From Candidatus Saccharimonadales bacterium (lineage in GTDB: Bacteria; Patescibacteriota; Saccharimonadia; QS-5-54-17), in the NCBI GenBank assembly GCA_040903985.1, contig JBBDUI010000002.1, positions 518,038-582,037 on the forward strand: 64,000 bases of DNA. Direction: 5' to 3'. Below, in pieces: positions 9,766-20,654 of the stretch. The notes under the pieces are model-generated. The model was not told the DNA's origin. It did no database searches and saw only the letters and a list, made by a program, of their open reading frames with translations. Position numbers and translations under genes: made by a program. Positions within the stretch are counted from its first letter, which is position 1; each line of letters opens with the position of its first letter.

Positions 9766-10467
9766 GTGACAACGCGCCAAGCCGAAGTTCTCAAGACTAT
9801 TGTCGAGTATTATGTCCAGACCGCTAACCCGGTTGGCTCTAAATCGCTGGCGCAACAGTTTAGTGTCTCCTCAGCCACGATTCGAGCTGAGATGGCCGAA
9901 CTGGAGCGACTCGACCTCATTACGCACCCTCACACCAGTGCTGGGCGGATTCCTACTGATGCCGGCTATCGGCACTATGTAGAATCACTGGCTCGACCCA
10001 GCCAGAAACTTGACAGCACTAGTCGCTTGCGCCGGGCAATTGAACGTCGGGTTAAGAGTGCCGGCTCTCCCCAAGCCGCAATCAAGATAGCTGTCGATTC
10101 TCTCACTCAGACTACACACAATATCGCCTTTGCGACCATGGGGGTCGCTATCTATACTAAGGGCTTCTCACAGCTCTTTGCACGCCCTGAGTTCGACGAG
10201 AATGCAGCCGATATCGCCGGGCTGCTCGATAATCTCGAGTTGTGGTTAAGTGAGACCAATATCGAGGAAGGGATAGCGACCTATATCGGTGAGGAGAACG
10301 CTATCGGTAAATCGAGTGGCTGCTCTGTCATAGTTGCTCGGTACGATTCACCCTTTTCTGAAGAGAGCTATATCGGTGTCATCGGTCCGACGCGGCAAAG
10401 TTACGGCCAGGTCATGCGGGTCGTAGAGTATACAGCTAACACATTACAGGAGGTATTAAGTGAGTAA
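9766..10467 (+). CDS. hrcA: heat-inducible transcription repressor HrcA (short form)
   Basis: PVGSKSL, SSATIRAEMAELE, PHTSAGRIPTDAGYRHYV, IGVIGPTR. Confidence 0.93.
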   Translation: MTTRQAEVLKTIVEYYVQTANPVGSKSLAQQFSVSSATIRAEMAELERLDLITHPHTSAGRIPTDAGYRHYVESLARPSQKLDSTSRLRRAIERRVKSAGSPQAAIKIAVDSLTQTTHNIAFATMGVAIYTKGFSQLFARPEFDENAADIAGLLDNLELWLSETNIEEGIATYIGEENAIGKSSGCSVIVARYDSPFSEESYIGVIGPTRQSYGQVMRVVEYTANTLQEVLSE

Positions 10468-11059
10468 AGGTACGGTAGATAATCAGCGTCAGTCCGCAGC
10501 GGATAAATCGACTCGAACAGCACGTTCGGTTAAATCGAGTCCGCGAGGGGATAAGAAGTTGGCTCGCCGGATCAATGATCTCGAGCAGGAAGTGGCTACA
10601 TTAAGTAGTGACGTAAAGCGAGAGCGGGCCGATTTTATGAACTATAAGCGGCGTAGCGAGCTAGATCGGCTACAGATCATGCAGGTGGCCACGGAACAGG
10701 TAGTTGGCCAGCTACTGCCACTATTTGATGATCTCGAGCGGGCTTTAGCCGCTGTGCCTCGGGACTTAGCTGAACATCCTTGGGCGAAAGGGGTGAGCCA
10801 GATTCACCGTCAGGTTCAGGCTAAACTGGGTGAGCTCGGGGTGAATCGGATTAACTGTGTCGGTCAGCCTTTTGATCCCGGTCTGCATGAGGCCGTCGGG
10901 TTCGAAGACGGAGAGGGTGCGGACGACGTCGTGACCGAGGAGTTGCGGCCCGGCTATCGGCTGGGAGAAGCGGTTCTCCGCCCCAGTATGGTTAAGGTCG
11001 GCAAGGCAGATACGCCGGATGAAGTAGATAACGATAAGCAAATTAAGGAAGGAGCATAA
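10460..11059 (+). CDS. grpE: nucleotide exchange factor GrpE
   Basis: [35 protein letters not shown]. Confidence 0.95.
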   Translation: MSKGTVDNQRQSAADKSTRTARSVKSSPRGDKKLARRINDLEQEVATLSSDVKRERADFMNYKRRSELDRLQIMQVATEQVVGQLLPLFDDLERALAAVPRDLAEHPWAKGVSQIHRQVQAKLGELGVNRINCVGQPFDPGLHEAVGFEDGEGADDVVTEELRPGYRLGEAVLRPSMVKVGKADTPDEVDNDKQIKEGA

Positions 11060-11061
11060 CA

Positions 11062-12969
11062 ATGGGAAAGATTTTAGGAATCGATTTAGGAACTACTAAC
11101 TCAGCGATGGCTATTATGGAGGGCGGTAACGCCACTATCGTAGCTAACTCGGAGGGTAATCGCACTACACCGAGTATAGTAGCGGTCAATAAGAACGGTG
11201 AACGCTTAGTCGGTCAGGTAGCCAAGCGACAGGCCGTGGTCAACTCCGCCAACACAATTCACGGAGTCAAGCGACTGATCGGTCGTAAGTTTGATGATGT
11301 AGAAGTGCAGCGTGACATTAAGCTGATGCCGTACGAGATTAAGCAGGCTAAAAATGGCGTAAAAGTTGTGATGGGAGATAAAGAGCACAGTCCAGAAGAA
11401 GTATCGGCGATGATCTTGAGTAAGCTCAAGGCCGATGCGGAGGAGTATACCGGAGAGAAGATCACCGAAGCTGTGATTACGGTGCCGGCTTACTTCGACG
11501 ACTCGCAGCGCCAGGCCACTAAGGATGCCGGCAAGATCGCCGGTCTCGAGGTCAAGCGCATCATTAACGAGCCGACCGCGGCGGCGTTAGCCTATGGGTT
11601 GGATAAGAAGAAAGAAGAGAAGATTGCTGTTTACGATCTAGGTGGTGGTACTTTCGACGTCTCCATCCTGGAGCTTGGTGATGGTGTGTTTGAGGTGAAA
11701 TCGACTAACGGTGATACTCACCTCGGTGGAGAGGACTTTGACCTAGTCATCGTTAATCACTTGGTGAGCGAGTTTAAGAGCCAGGAGGGCGTCGATCTGT
11801 CTAAGGACAAAGCGGCCGTGCAGCGCCTGCGTGAGGCAGCGGAGAAGGCCAAGATCGAGCTCTCTACTACTAATGAGACCGACATCAACCTCCCCTTCAT
11901 TACGGCTGATGCTGAGGGCCCGAAGCACTTCGAGTACAAACTTACTCGGGCTAAGCTAGACCAACTAGTGAGTGATCTCATCAATAAGACAGAGGGTCCG
12001 TGTAAGTCGGCCCTGAAGGACGCCGGACTATCGGCCTCCGATATCGATGAAGTTATTCTCGTCGGTGGTATGACTCGGATGCCGGCCGTAGCGGCTAAGG
12101 TGAAAGAGATATTCGGTAAGGATGCGCTCAAGGGCGTCAATCCGGATGAAGTTGTAGCACTCGGAGCCGCCATCCAGGGTGGTGTGCTCGCCGGTGACGT
12201 TAAGGACGTGCTACTGCTAGATGTGACTCCGCTGTCGCTCGGACTTGAGACTGAGGGTGGTATCACCACTAAGTTGATTGAGCGTAACACCACCATCCCG
12301 ACTAGTAAGACCCAGACCTTCTCTACCGCGGCCGATAATCAACCATCGGTTGAGATTAACGTACTGCAGGGTGAACGGGAGATGGCAGCTGACAATAAGT
12401 CACTCGGCCGCTTCATCCTAGACGGTATTCCCCCAGCTCCACGCGGTATTCCACAGGTTGAGGTCACCTTTAACCTTGATGCTAACGGGATCCTAAACGT
12501 TAAGGCGCAAGATAAGGCCAGCGGCAAGGAGCAGTCGATTACTATTCAGAACAGCGGTAACCTCGATGAAAAAGAGGTCGAGCAGATGCAGAAAGATGCC
12601 GAAGTCCATGCCGATGAGGACAAGCAGAAGCGGGCTCGGGCCGAAGCCAAGAACCAGCTCGATACAGCTATCTACACTGCTGAGAAGATGGTGAAAGATA
12701 ACGCCGATAAACTCGAGGATGAGGACAAGCAGACGGTCGAAGAAGCGGTTAAAGCCGCAAAAGAGAAGATCGAGTCTGACGATCGGGAAGAGCTGGAGAA
12801 GGCCGCTACCGAGCTACTAGAGAAGATTCAGCCGATCGGCACTAAGCTACACGAGAATGTGGCGGCCGAAGCGGCAGAGGAAGCGGAAAAAGCCGAGAGC
12901 GAGATAGATGCTGGCAAAGACGATGAGCCAGTTGAGGGTGAAGTCGTCGACGAAGATAAACAGGCGTAA
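11062..12969 (+). CDS. dnaK: chaperone DnaK
   Basis: [33 protein letters not shown]. Confidence 0.98.
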   Translation: MGKILGIDLGTTNSAMAIMEGGNATIVANSEGNRTTPSIVAVNKNGERLVGQVAKRQAVVNSANTIHGVKRLIGRKFDDVEVQRDIKLMPYEIKQAKNGVKVVMGDKEHSPEEVSAMILSKLKADAEEYTGEKITEAVITVPAYFDDSQRQATKDAGKIAGLEVKRIINEPTAAALAYGLDKKKEEKIAVYDLGGGTFDVSILELGDGVFEVKSTNGDTHLGGEDFDLVIVNHLVSEFKSQEGVDLSKDKAAVQRLREAAEKAKIELSTTNETDINLPFITADAEGPKHFEYKLTRAKLDQLVSDLINKTEGPCKSALKDAGLSASDIDEVILVGGMTRMPAVAAKVKEIFGKDALKGVNPDEVVALGAAIQGGVLAGDVKDVLLLDVTPLSLGLETEGGITTKLIERNTTIPTSKTQTFSTAADNQPSVEINVLQGEREMAADNKSLGRFILDGIPPAPRGIPQVEVTFNLDANGILNVKAQDKASGKEQSITIQNSGNLDEKEVEQMQKDAEVHADEDKQKRARAEAKNQLDTAIYTAEKMVKDNADKLEDEDKQTVEEAVKAAKEKIESDDREELEKAATELLEKIQPIGTKLHENVAAEAAEEAEKAESEIDAGKDDEPVEGEVVDEDKQA

Positions 12970-12971
12970 CT

Positions 12972-13364
12972 ATGCGGCTGGCCGGGTGTATTATACGTAA
13001 CGATGAAGGAGAGATTCTGCTCATTCATCGTAATACACCCGACTTAACCCAGTGGGAGCTACCCGGCGGTAAAGTGGAGACTGACGAAACCGAGGCCGCT
13101 GCCGCCCAGCGTGAGGTAGAGGAGGAGCTCGGGATTATAGCCACCGATCTTCACTCGGTCGGCACTACTACTTTTCGGGAAAACGGTGTTGCTTATGAGT
13201 ATGCATGGTTTACAGTGGGTAGAGTCACGGGTAGCCCGCTGCCTCGTGAGGAGAAGCACGATAAGATCGCCTACTTTGCAGTTAGTGATATTACCGGTGC
13301 AGAGTTCTCTCAAAATGTGAGACAGCTAGCGGCGGCAATTATAAATGGAGCAGTGAAGTTGTAG
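12972..13364 (+). CDS. NUDIX hydrolase
   Basis: WELPGGKVETDETEAAAAQREVEEELG Nudix box. Confidence 0.88.
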   Translation: MRLAGCIIRNDEGEILLIHRNTPDLTQWELPGGKVETDETEAAAAQREVEEELGIIATDLHSVGTTTFRENGVAYEYAWFTVGRVTGSPLPREEKHDKIAYFAVSDITGAEFSQNVRQLAAAIINGAVKL

Positions 13365-14462
13365 ATGGCAAAACGAGATTATTACGAAATTTTAGGAGTG
13401 GATAAGAATGCCTCGGGCGAGGAGATTAAACGCGCCTACCGCAAACAAGCCGTCAAACATCATCCGGATAAAGAAGGTGGAGATGAGGCTAAGTTTAAGG
13501 AAGCCGCAGAGGCTTATGAGGTGCTAAAAGATTCGACCAAACGCAAACAGTATGATCAGTTTGGCCATGCCGGGGCGCAGCAAGGTTTCGGTGGCGGCGG
13601 GGCCCACGGTCCCTTTGGCGGTGGACAGGGTGGATTTGAGGTGGACCTAGGTGATCTTGATCTGGGCGATATATTTGGTAGTTTCTTTGGCGGTGGCCGA
13701 CAACGAGCCGGAGCGCAAGCGCGACGCGGTCGTGATGTTGAAACGCGAGTAACCCTAGAGTTCAAAGAGGCGGTATTTGGTACTGAGAAAACGATCGAGC
13801 TCGATCTTGAAGATATTTGCACCCACTGTAAGGGTAAGATGGCGGAGCCAGGCAGTAGTTTAAAGACCTGTGACACTTGCAAAGGCCAAGGTCAGGTGGT
13901 GCAGGTGCAGAATACCATTCTCGGTAGTATCCAGCGGGCCACAACCTGTCCGACCTGTCATGGGGCAGGTAAGGTGCCGGAGAAGCCCTGCATTGAGTGT
14001 GGAGGCAAAGGCACGAAGCGGGCCAAACAGCAGATCAAGGTTAAGATTCCTAGCGGTGTCAGCGATGGTAATACCATTCGTTTGCGCGAGAGGGGCGAAG
14101 CGATCGGCGGCGGCGCTAAGGGCGACCTCTACGTCCATGTGCAGGTGCGTCCGAGCCGCGAGTTCGAGCGTCACGGTCACGATATCGTCTCCGCTGCCAC
14201 TATCGACATGATCGATGCAGCCCTAGGGACTGAGATCGAGGTTAATACCGTGGATGGCAAGACCAAGATGAAGATTCCGGCCGGCACTCAGAGCGGTCAG
14301 ACCTTTAAACTCAGTGGTAAAGGTGTGCCTTACGGTAGTGGTTCAACCCGTGGTAACCATTTAGTAGATGTCACGGTTATGATTCCGAAGAAACTAACAA
14401 CCAAGCAACGTTCGATGCTGGAAGAGTTTAATAAATCCAGTAAAAAGGGTTGGTTTAAATAG
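13365..14462 (+). CDS. dnaJ: chaperone DnaJ
   Basis: J domain with HPD, G/F-rich linker, four CxxCxG repeats. Confidence 0.97.
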   Translation: MAKRDYYEILGVDKNASGEEIKRAYRKQAVKHHPDKEGGDEAKFKEAAEAYEVLKDSTKRKQYDQFGHAGAQQGFGGGGAHGPFGGGQGGFEVDLGDLDLGDIFGSFFGGGRQRAGAQARRGRDVETRVTLEFKEAVFGTEKTIELDLEDICTHCKGKMAEPGSSLKTCDTCKGQGQVVQVQNTILGSIQRATTCPTCHGAGKVPEKPCIECGGKGTKRAKQQIKVKIPSGVSDGNTIRLRERGEAIGGGAKGDLYVHVQVRPSREFERHGHDIVSAATIDMIDAALGTEIEVNTVDGKTKMKIPAGTQSGQTFKLSGKGVPYGSGSTRGNHLVDVTVMIPKKLTTKQRSMLEEFNKSSKKGWFK

Positions 14463-14510
14463 GCCCCCATCGCACTTTTGGCTAAGGCGCTTGTGCTATA
14501 GTAAAAAATA

Positions 14511-16127
14511 ATGCAGCCGATCGCCTACTTCTCAGCCGAATACGCCTTTGATGACCTACCCATATTTGCCGGAGGGTTAGGGGTACTGGCGACCGACTAT
14601 CTTATGCGTGTAGCCGAGGATACACAGCCATTTGTGATGATCGGGCTGTTCTATCATTATGGATTTGAGAATGCCGACGGATCAGAGTCCGCTAAACTCG
14701 ATCCTTTGCGTTCAGGCTGGGAGCTAGTCACGCAAAATGATGAGCCGCTGCGAGCAGTCGTTACCATTAATGCTGAGAAAATAGCCTTTCAGGCTTGGAC
14801 TAAGTCGTTTGGCAATTCCCGGGTATATCTAATCGATTGTGATCTAGCTGATAACCCAGATAACGTGAAAGCGCTGACTAATCACTTATACGCCGCAGAT
14901 TTTGAGCAGAAAGTAGTGCAGGATGCCTTGCTGGGCTTAGGCGGGGTTGAACTACTCGATAGATTAGGTATCACACCCCAGCTATACCATCTAAATGAAG
15001 GCCACAGTGCGCTGGCTATATTAGCGCTGTTGAAGCTGCACCGGCGACAGAAGAAGCATGCTACCCTGCAAGAACTTTGTCAGGGGGTACAGGAGAGTGT
15101 GGTCGCTACGAAGCATACCGTTCTTTCCGCTGCCGGACTGTATATCACGCATAATCTATTCCTGCAGATTTTCTCTACCTATCTAGCTGAGGCTGAGCTA
15201 CCGCTGGAGGAGGTGTTTGCTATCGCCCAGGATCCTTTGCGTAAAGATGAGTTCTCCACTACTAGGTTGATGCTGGAGCTGAGCCGGGATGTTAATGCCG
15301 TCAGTCGCTTGCACGCGGTCTATGAGAAGAAGAATCATCCGAACAGTCCTTATACCATCAGCTCCATAACTAATGGCATCCATCTGCCTCGTTGGCAGGA
15401 CGAGGCTATTGCTCAAGCCGATACCCCGGATGCTCTGTGGCAGGCCCACTCGGCTGCTCGTCGGCGTCTGATAGATTTTGTTAACGACCGGACTAAAAGC
15501 CAGCTTGATCCTGAGGTATTAACTGTGGTCTGGGCACGGCGCATCACCGCTTACAAGCGTCCGCTCGAACTTTTTAACGACATCAACGCCTTGCAGCACC
15601 TGATGAACTCAACCGAGCGACCGGTGCAGATCATCATCGCCGGCAAGCCTAATAGTGAAGATGAAGCTGGTGTCGACATGGCCCGCCGTTTGGGCGAGCA
15701 CGCTCTGAATACTGACTTCCAGGGTAAGCTGGTTTATTTGCAGAGTTATGATTTAGAGATCGCCCGCTACTTAGTTCAGGGAGCCGATGTTTGGTTAAAC
15801 ACCCCGGATCGTGGCTACGAAGCCAGTGGTACTAGCGGTATGAAAGCCGGTAGTAACGGCGTCCTGCAATGTTCGGTTAGCGACGGATGGGTAGACGAGG
15901 TTAAGCTGGAGATGATCGGTTGGAAACTACCGGATGTAAACGCGGCCGATGCGATTTACGGGCACATTGAGCACGAGATCGCATCGTTATTTTACGAACG
16001 TAATGAATCAGGAATACCGGAAGCGTGGTGTAAATTGATGGAGCAAACGATCAAAGTTATCGAGAAAGACTACACCACCACGCGTATGCTGGAGGAGTAT
16101 AAACAGCAGCTCTACCGGCTAGGCTGA
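14511..16127 (+). CDS. glgP: alpha-glucan phosphorylase (compact form)
   Basis: AYFSAEY, GGLGVLA, HLNEGH, ARRITAYKR, EASGTSGMKA PLP-lysine motif. Confidence 0.88.
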   Translation: MQPIAYFSAEYAFDDLPIFAGGLGVLATDYLMRVAEDTQPFVMIGLFYHYGFENADGSESAKLDPLRSGWELVTQNDEPLRAVVTINAEKIAFQAWTKSFGNSRVYLIDCDLADNPDNVKALTNHLYAADFEQKVVQDALLGLGGVELLDRLGITPQLYHLNEGHSALAILALLKLHRRQKKHATLQELCQGVQESVVATKHTVLSAAGLYITHNLFLQIFSTYLAEAELPLEEVFAIAQDPLRKDEFSTTRLMLELSRDVNAVSRLHAVYEKKNHPNSPYTISSITNGIHLPRWQDEAIAQADTPDALWQAHSAARRRLIDFVNDRTKSQLDPEVLTVVWARRITAYKRPLELFNDINALQHLMNSTERPVQIIIAGKPNSEDEAGVDMARRLGEHALNTDFQGKLVYLQSYDLEIARYLVQGADVWLNTPDRGYEASGTSGMKAGSNGVLQCSVSDGWVDEVKLEMIGWKLPDVNAADAIYGHIEHEIASLFYERNESGIPEAWCKLMEQTIKVIEKDYTTTRMLEEYKQQLYRLG

Positions 16128-16183
16128 GCGAAGCCGCTTATGCTATACTTGGGTTAATATATTCGGCAGATGAGGAGGGGTAA

Positions 16184-17731
16184 ATGGCTAAGTCACGGCG
16201 CGACTTAAAGGTGTTATTCGTGACGGCCGAGGTAGCCCCTTTCTCTAAGCAGGGTGGCTTAAGTCAAGTAGCCTACTTTCTACCTCGATCCCTACGTAAG
16301 CTTGGTGTCGATGTGCGGATCTTCACTCCCAAGTATGGCAAGATCATAGATGAGAAGTACCATCTCAAGGAAGTTATATCAGGTCTAGAGATACCTACGG
16401 GACATGAGGAAAAGAGTGAGCAAGTGTCAAAGCTCTCATGTAACGTAAAGCTATATGAAGAGCCAGAGGACCCCTTTGAACCACCGGTTTATTTTCTAGA
16501 AAACGAAGAGTATTTTGAGAAGCGGGCTAATGTTTACGGTTATAGTGATGACCATATCCGCTTCGGACTACTTAGCCGAGGGGCACTGGAATTCATTATC
16601 CAAAAAGAATTCGTGCCTGATGTGGTTCACTGTAACGACTGGCATACGGGCTATCTCGTAAATGATCTCTACTACGTGCGACAAGAGGATGAGGATCTGA
16701 AAGATATTGCCAGTCTGCTTTCTATCCACAACACTTATCAGGGTAATTTTAATTTCGGCCGGGCTAGTGAGATGGATTATGATGACGGCAAAAGTCCTCT
16801 AGCCCCGTTTTACTCAGACCGTTTCATCAAACAGAATGCCCTAAAACGCGGTGTTATGCGAGCTGATAGGATGAATACGGTATCTGAGACCTATGCTCGT
16901 GAGCTACTCCTAGAGCAGTATGGAGCTGGGATGCATAAGCTCTTTCGGGAGCTACGAGGCAAGATGTCGGGTGTCTTAAATGGGTTGGACTATAATGATT
17001 TCGATCCAGCTACTGATAAGATTATTGCTGAGAATTTCACCCATCGCAGCATCAACCGTCGAGTGAACAATAAGCTTGACTTGCAGAAAGAGTTTGGCTT
17101 AGAGCAAGATCCACATGTACCGATTATTGCGATATCTGGTCGACTTGATGGACAGAAGGGGCTCAATCTGATTTTAGAGACTATGGATTTTGTTCTTAAA
17201 GAACTCGACGTTCAGTTTATTGTTCTAGGTTCGGGCGATAATCGTTATATCGAGTACTTCGAAGAGCTTGAGCGTAAGTATCCCGATCGGGTCGGGACAC
17301 ATTTGCTGCCGGACTTTATCTTGCCGCGGAAGATCTTTGCTGGGTCCGACATTATGATGATGCCGAGCTTCTATGAACCAGGCGGTATCGTAGCCATTGA
17401 AGCTATGCGCTATGGAGCGGTTCCCTTAGTGCGTGCTACCGGCGGGCTGGCTGACATTGTGAAGAACTATAACACCCAGACTAAGGAAGGTACGGGTTTT
17501 AGCTTTCGAGACTTCTCTAGTCAGAGCTTCCTCGTCGCTCTCGTGCGTGCGCTGGAATCCTACAAGGACAAAGAAGCGTGGGATGAGCTAGTAAAGCGAG
17601 TGATGCTCCAAGACTTCTCTTGGGATAAGGTAGCGACAAAATACGCCGATCTCTATGAGCGTACTTACGACTATCGCCAGGAGGCTCTCCAGCCTAATCC
17701 ACCAATGGCTTATCAGCAGAAGATCGAATAA
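16184..17731 (+). CDS. glgA: glycogen synthase (GT5)
   Basis: AEVAPFSKQGGL, HCNDWHTG, MPSFYEPGG, VRATGGLAD. Confidence 0.92.
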   Translation: MAKSRRDLKVLFVTAEVAPFSKQGGLSQVAYFLPRSLRKLGVDVRIFTPKYGKIIDEKYHLKEVISGLEIPTGHEEKSEQVSKLSCNVKLYEEPEDPFEPPVYFLENEEYFEKRANVYGYSDDHIRFGLLSRGALEFIIQKEFVPDVVHCNDWHTGYLVNDLYYVRQEDEDLKDIASLLSIHNTYQGNFNFGRASEMDYDDGKSPLAPFYSDRFIKQNALKRGVMRADRMNTVSETYARELLLEQYGAGMHKLFRELRGKMSGVLNGLDYNDFDPATDKIIAENFTHRSINRRVNNKLDLQKEFGLEQDPHVPIIAISGRLDGQKGLNLILETMDFVLKELDVQFIVLGSGDNRYIEYFEELERKYPDRVGTHLLPDFILPRKIFAGSDIMMMPSFYEPGGIVAIEAMRYGAVPLVRATGGLADIVKNYNTQTKEGTGFSFRDFSSQSFLVALVRALESYKDKEAWDELVKRVMLQDFSWDKVATKYADLYERTYDYRQEALQPNPPMAYQQKIE

Positions 17732-17786
17732 CCTCTAAGACCAATTTATTAAGCCCCATGTAGCTGGTTCTGTTATAATCCTGTTT

Positions 17787-19190
17787 ATGCTGTGGGTAAA
17801 TTTCATGCACATATACCAACCGTTGACCCAGAAACCGTACTGGGTGAACAGGGTGACGGAAGAGAGCTATAGACCGCTCTTTCAAGGGTTTCTGAAAAAC
17901 CCCGACCTCAAGAGCACTATCAATATAAACTCTGTTCTAGTCGAGTTACTGGAAGAGAACGGTCACCAGGATGTGATAGAAGCTATCCATGAGCTGTTAA
18001 AGCGAGGACAGATAGAACTGACCGGCAGTGCTAAATTCCATCCGTTAATGGTCTATACACCAGATTATGAACGACGTCGACAGATAGAGCTTAATGACGT
18101 GTCTCTACGTAAATATTTCGGTGATTACTATCAGCCGCGTGGCTTCTTTCCCCCTGAAATGGCTTTCGATATGGATGTGGCCAAAACCGCCAAAGAGTGT
18201 GGCTTTGAATGGATTATCGTCGACGAACTATCATTCCCAGGCCAGGCTCAGCCCGATCACAAGCAGAGGTATAGTGTTGAGGGAGTGGATGGTTTAGATA
18301 TTTATTTTCGTGAACGAAGTAGTAGCTGGAATATCCTCTCAGGTCAGATCGGGACGCCAGACCTGCTCCGTAAAATGCTTGGTGCCAGGACAGCTGACGG
18401 CTCCTACCTCTTGACTGCTATGGATGGGGAGACATTTGGCCACCATCGCCCAGGGCTTCAGAGTCTTATATTTGACCTTAACCAAGCTGATGAGCTCCAG
18501 ACCGTATTACTTTCTGACCTAAAAGACTACTTCCCCGATACCAAGAAGGTGGTTCCACAAGCTTCTACGTGGGCACTCATGGAGAAGGACCTTGAACGTA
18601 AGGTGCCCTTTTCGCGCTGGAAAGACCCAGATAATGAGATACATGATATTCAATGGGAGTTAACCAATCATCTCATTAAATTGTATGAGCCTGTACACAT
18701 AGACCAAACCCCTGTAAAAGAAGACGCACTTGATCGGGCGCTGCAGTCAGATCAGTTTTGGTGGGCGAGTGCGCGGCCATGGTGGAGTATCGAGATGATG
18801 GAGCGTGCAGCAAAGAACCTTTACGAAGCTGCCAAGATGGCGCCCGAGGTAAAGGATGCAGATATATCTAAGGCAGAGGCGCTCTACCATAAAATAATCT
18901 TCACCGCATTTGACTGGCAGCGTAGCGGCAAGGTAGACGAGATGGCAAGGCAGGAAGATGAGGATATACGCCAACGGACTGATCAAGATATCCCCAAGCT
19001 TCCTAAGGAAGAAGTGGATAAAATGATAGCTAATCTGCGTAAAGAGATGGCGCAAGTGGCAGGTAAGGAGGAGTTCGAGCGGGCGGCACAGATACGTGAC
19101 CGGATTCGTGAGCTGAAAGAGTATGCTGACGAGAACATAGACATCCCTCGTGCCAGTCAAGAGGGCAGCCAAGAGTGGGATGTTGTCTGA
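17787..19190 (+). CDS. GH57-family glycoside hydrolase with a C-terminal UVR-type coiled coil
   Basis: HIYQP, FFPPEMAF and MDGETFGHH motifs; tail LRKEMAQVAGKEEFERAAQIRDRIRELK. Confidence 0.82.
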   Translation: MLWVNFMHIYQPLTQKPYWVNRVTEESYRPLFQGFLKNPDLKSTININSVLVELLEENGHQDVIEAIHELLKRGQIELTGSAKFHPLMVYTPDYERRRQIELNDVSLRKYFGDYYQPRGFFPPEMAFDMDVAKTAKECGFEWIIVDELSFPGQAQPDHKQRYSVEGVDGLDIYFRERSSSWNILSGQIGTPDLLRKMLGARTADGSYLLTAMDGETFGHHRPGLQSLIFDLNQADELQTVLLSDLKDYFPDTKKVVPQASTWALMEKDLERKVPFSRWKDPDNEIHDIQWELTNHLIKLYEPVHIDQTPVKEDALDRALQSDQFWWASARPWWSIEMMERAAKNLYEAAKMAPEVKDADISKAEALYHKIIFTAFDWQRSGKVDEMARQEDEDIRQRTDQDIPKLPKEEVDKMIANLRKEMAQVAGKEEFERAAQIRDRIRELKEYADENIDIPRASQEGSQEWDVV

Positions 19191-19196
19191 GTTGCC

Positions 19197-20102
19197 ATGA
19201 ATAGCTTAGAGTCTGCTTCGGCTATTCTTTCAAGGGACCTTCCTGATCTTGATATAGCAAGCATCAAAAACATAGGCGAAGGCTGGGATAGCTTAGTCTA
19301 TCTAGTGAATGAGGAGATAGTCTTTCGTTTGCCTAAAGCGGACAATGCGTTAGGTGATCCTGCGCGTCAACGGGGCAATAAATCAGAGATTGGACTATTG
19401 AAGCATGTATTCAACCGCCTGCCGGTGAAGACGCCAGAGCCATTACTTGTTCCAGAGCACTACGGCTACTTTGGTTACCGGCATATTCCAGGCAGTTCAC
19501 TGAAAGACTACCCCGAACTTTTTAAGAGTTCGGAGCAGTATCCCGAGATACTAGATCTATGGGTGAGGGTAGCTACCGTCATTGAGCAGATTATTACTCT
19601 GGAAGACGCTGAGCGCCTCGGATTGAGAGCGTTTGACGGAGTCAACCCAAGAGTCAAGCTGGCAAAAGTAGTACTAAATAGCGATTTACTAGACAGTGAG
19701 TTCACCCCTATCATCGGCGTGATTCTAGATAAGTATGGTGAGAGCTATAAAGCCTTAGCTAAGAAGCGCAGTGTGACATTACATGGAGATTTAGGCTTCG
19801 GCAACTGGTTAGTCGATGCGCATAAGCGTCCATATGCCGTTATAGACTGGTCAGAAGCGACTATAGCCCCTCCCGAGCACCAGATGGAATTCATGTGGGA
19901 TATGCCGCCTGAGATGCTTCGACATATGACAAATACCTATGAAGACATTACTGACTGTAAACTCGATACAGAATTCATATTCGTCAGCGGCTGTACAGGT
20001 TTTCTAGGCGATATAGGCGCTTTATTAAATGCTGGATATGATGTCAGCTCTCATATAGAACATCTGCTACAGTGCCTAAAGTCATACCGACCTGAGCATT
20101 GA
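19197..20102 (+). CDS. aminoglycoside-phosphotransferase/choline-kinase family kinase
   Basis: IGEGWDSLVYLVNEEIVFRLPK, LHGDLGFGN, VIDW. Confidence 0.8.
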   Translation: MNSLESASAILSRDLPDLDIASIKNIGEGWDSLVYLVNEEIVFRLPKADNALGDPARQRGNKSEIGLLKHVFNRLPVKTPEPLLVPEHYGYFGYRHIPGSSLKDYPELFKSSEQYPEILDLWVRVATVIEQIITLEDAERLGLRAFDGVNPRVKLAKVVLNSDLLDSEFTPIIGVILDKYGESYKALAKKRSVTLHGDLGFGNWLVDAHKRPYAVIDWSEATIAPPEHQMEFMWDMPPEMLRHMTNTYEDITDCKLDTEFIFVSGCTGFLGDIGALLNAGYDVSSHIEHLLQCLKSYRPEH

Positions 20103-20182
20103 CTTTTATTCGCTAATGTTTAAAATAGGCATTCAGATAAGAGGGGCTACAAAAGAGACGCATAAACGTCTCGGTCACTGAC

Positions 20183-20611
20183 ATGGATAAAGTCACAATC
20201 GGCCGCTGGGTATTTATAGATCTCCCGGCCCTGGATTTAGAAAACGTACGAGCTAAAGTTGATACCGGTGCCTACCGGAGTAGTTTGCACTGTGAATTTA
20301 TCGAGGAGTTTGAGCGTAATGGCGAGATTTTCCTTGCTATCCAGACTACTGATATGAGAGGTGCACCAATTGGTGACCACCCGGTAGCACTGAAGCAAGA
20401 AGGTATTGTGGCGGTACGTAGCTCAAACGGTGAGGTACAAAGGCGACCGGTAGTACTACTCCCGGTGGAGCTCGGTGGACGAGAGTATGTGACGGAATTT
20501 ACCTTAACTAATAGACAAGATATGAAATTCCCGATACTCTTAGGAAGGAAGTTCCTCAAGGAGTCCTTTGTGGTAGATGTATCACTCGATGACCCAACTG
20601 AAGAAGAGTAA
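20183..20611 (+). CDS. RimK-associated retropepsin-like protease (RimB-like)
   Basis: AKVDTGAYRSSLH, VRSSNG, MKFPILLGRKFL; directly upstream of rimK. Confidence 0.85.
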   Translation: MDKVTIGRWVFIDLPALDLENVRAKVDTGAYRSSLHCEFIEEFERNGEIFLAIQTTDMRGAPIGDHPVALKQEGIVAVRSSNGEVQRRPVVLLPVELGGREYVTEFTLTNRQDMKFPILLGRKFLKESFVVDVSLDDPTEEE

Positions 20612-20654
20612 CTCTGAATTAACCGTATAACCAACACTGTAAGGAGATACCATA

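Noticed and set aside
19197-20102. Calling the kinase an aminoglycoside resistance gene
   Set aside because: Fold motifs alone do not define the substrate, and there is no mobile context.
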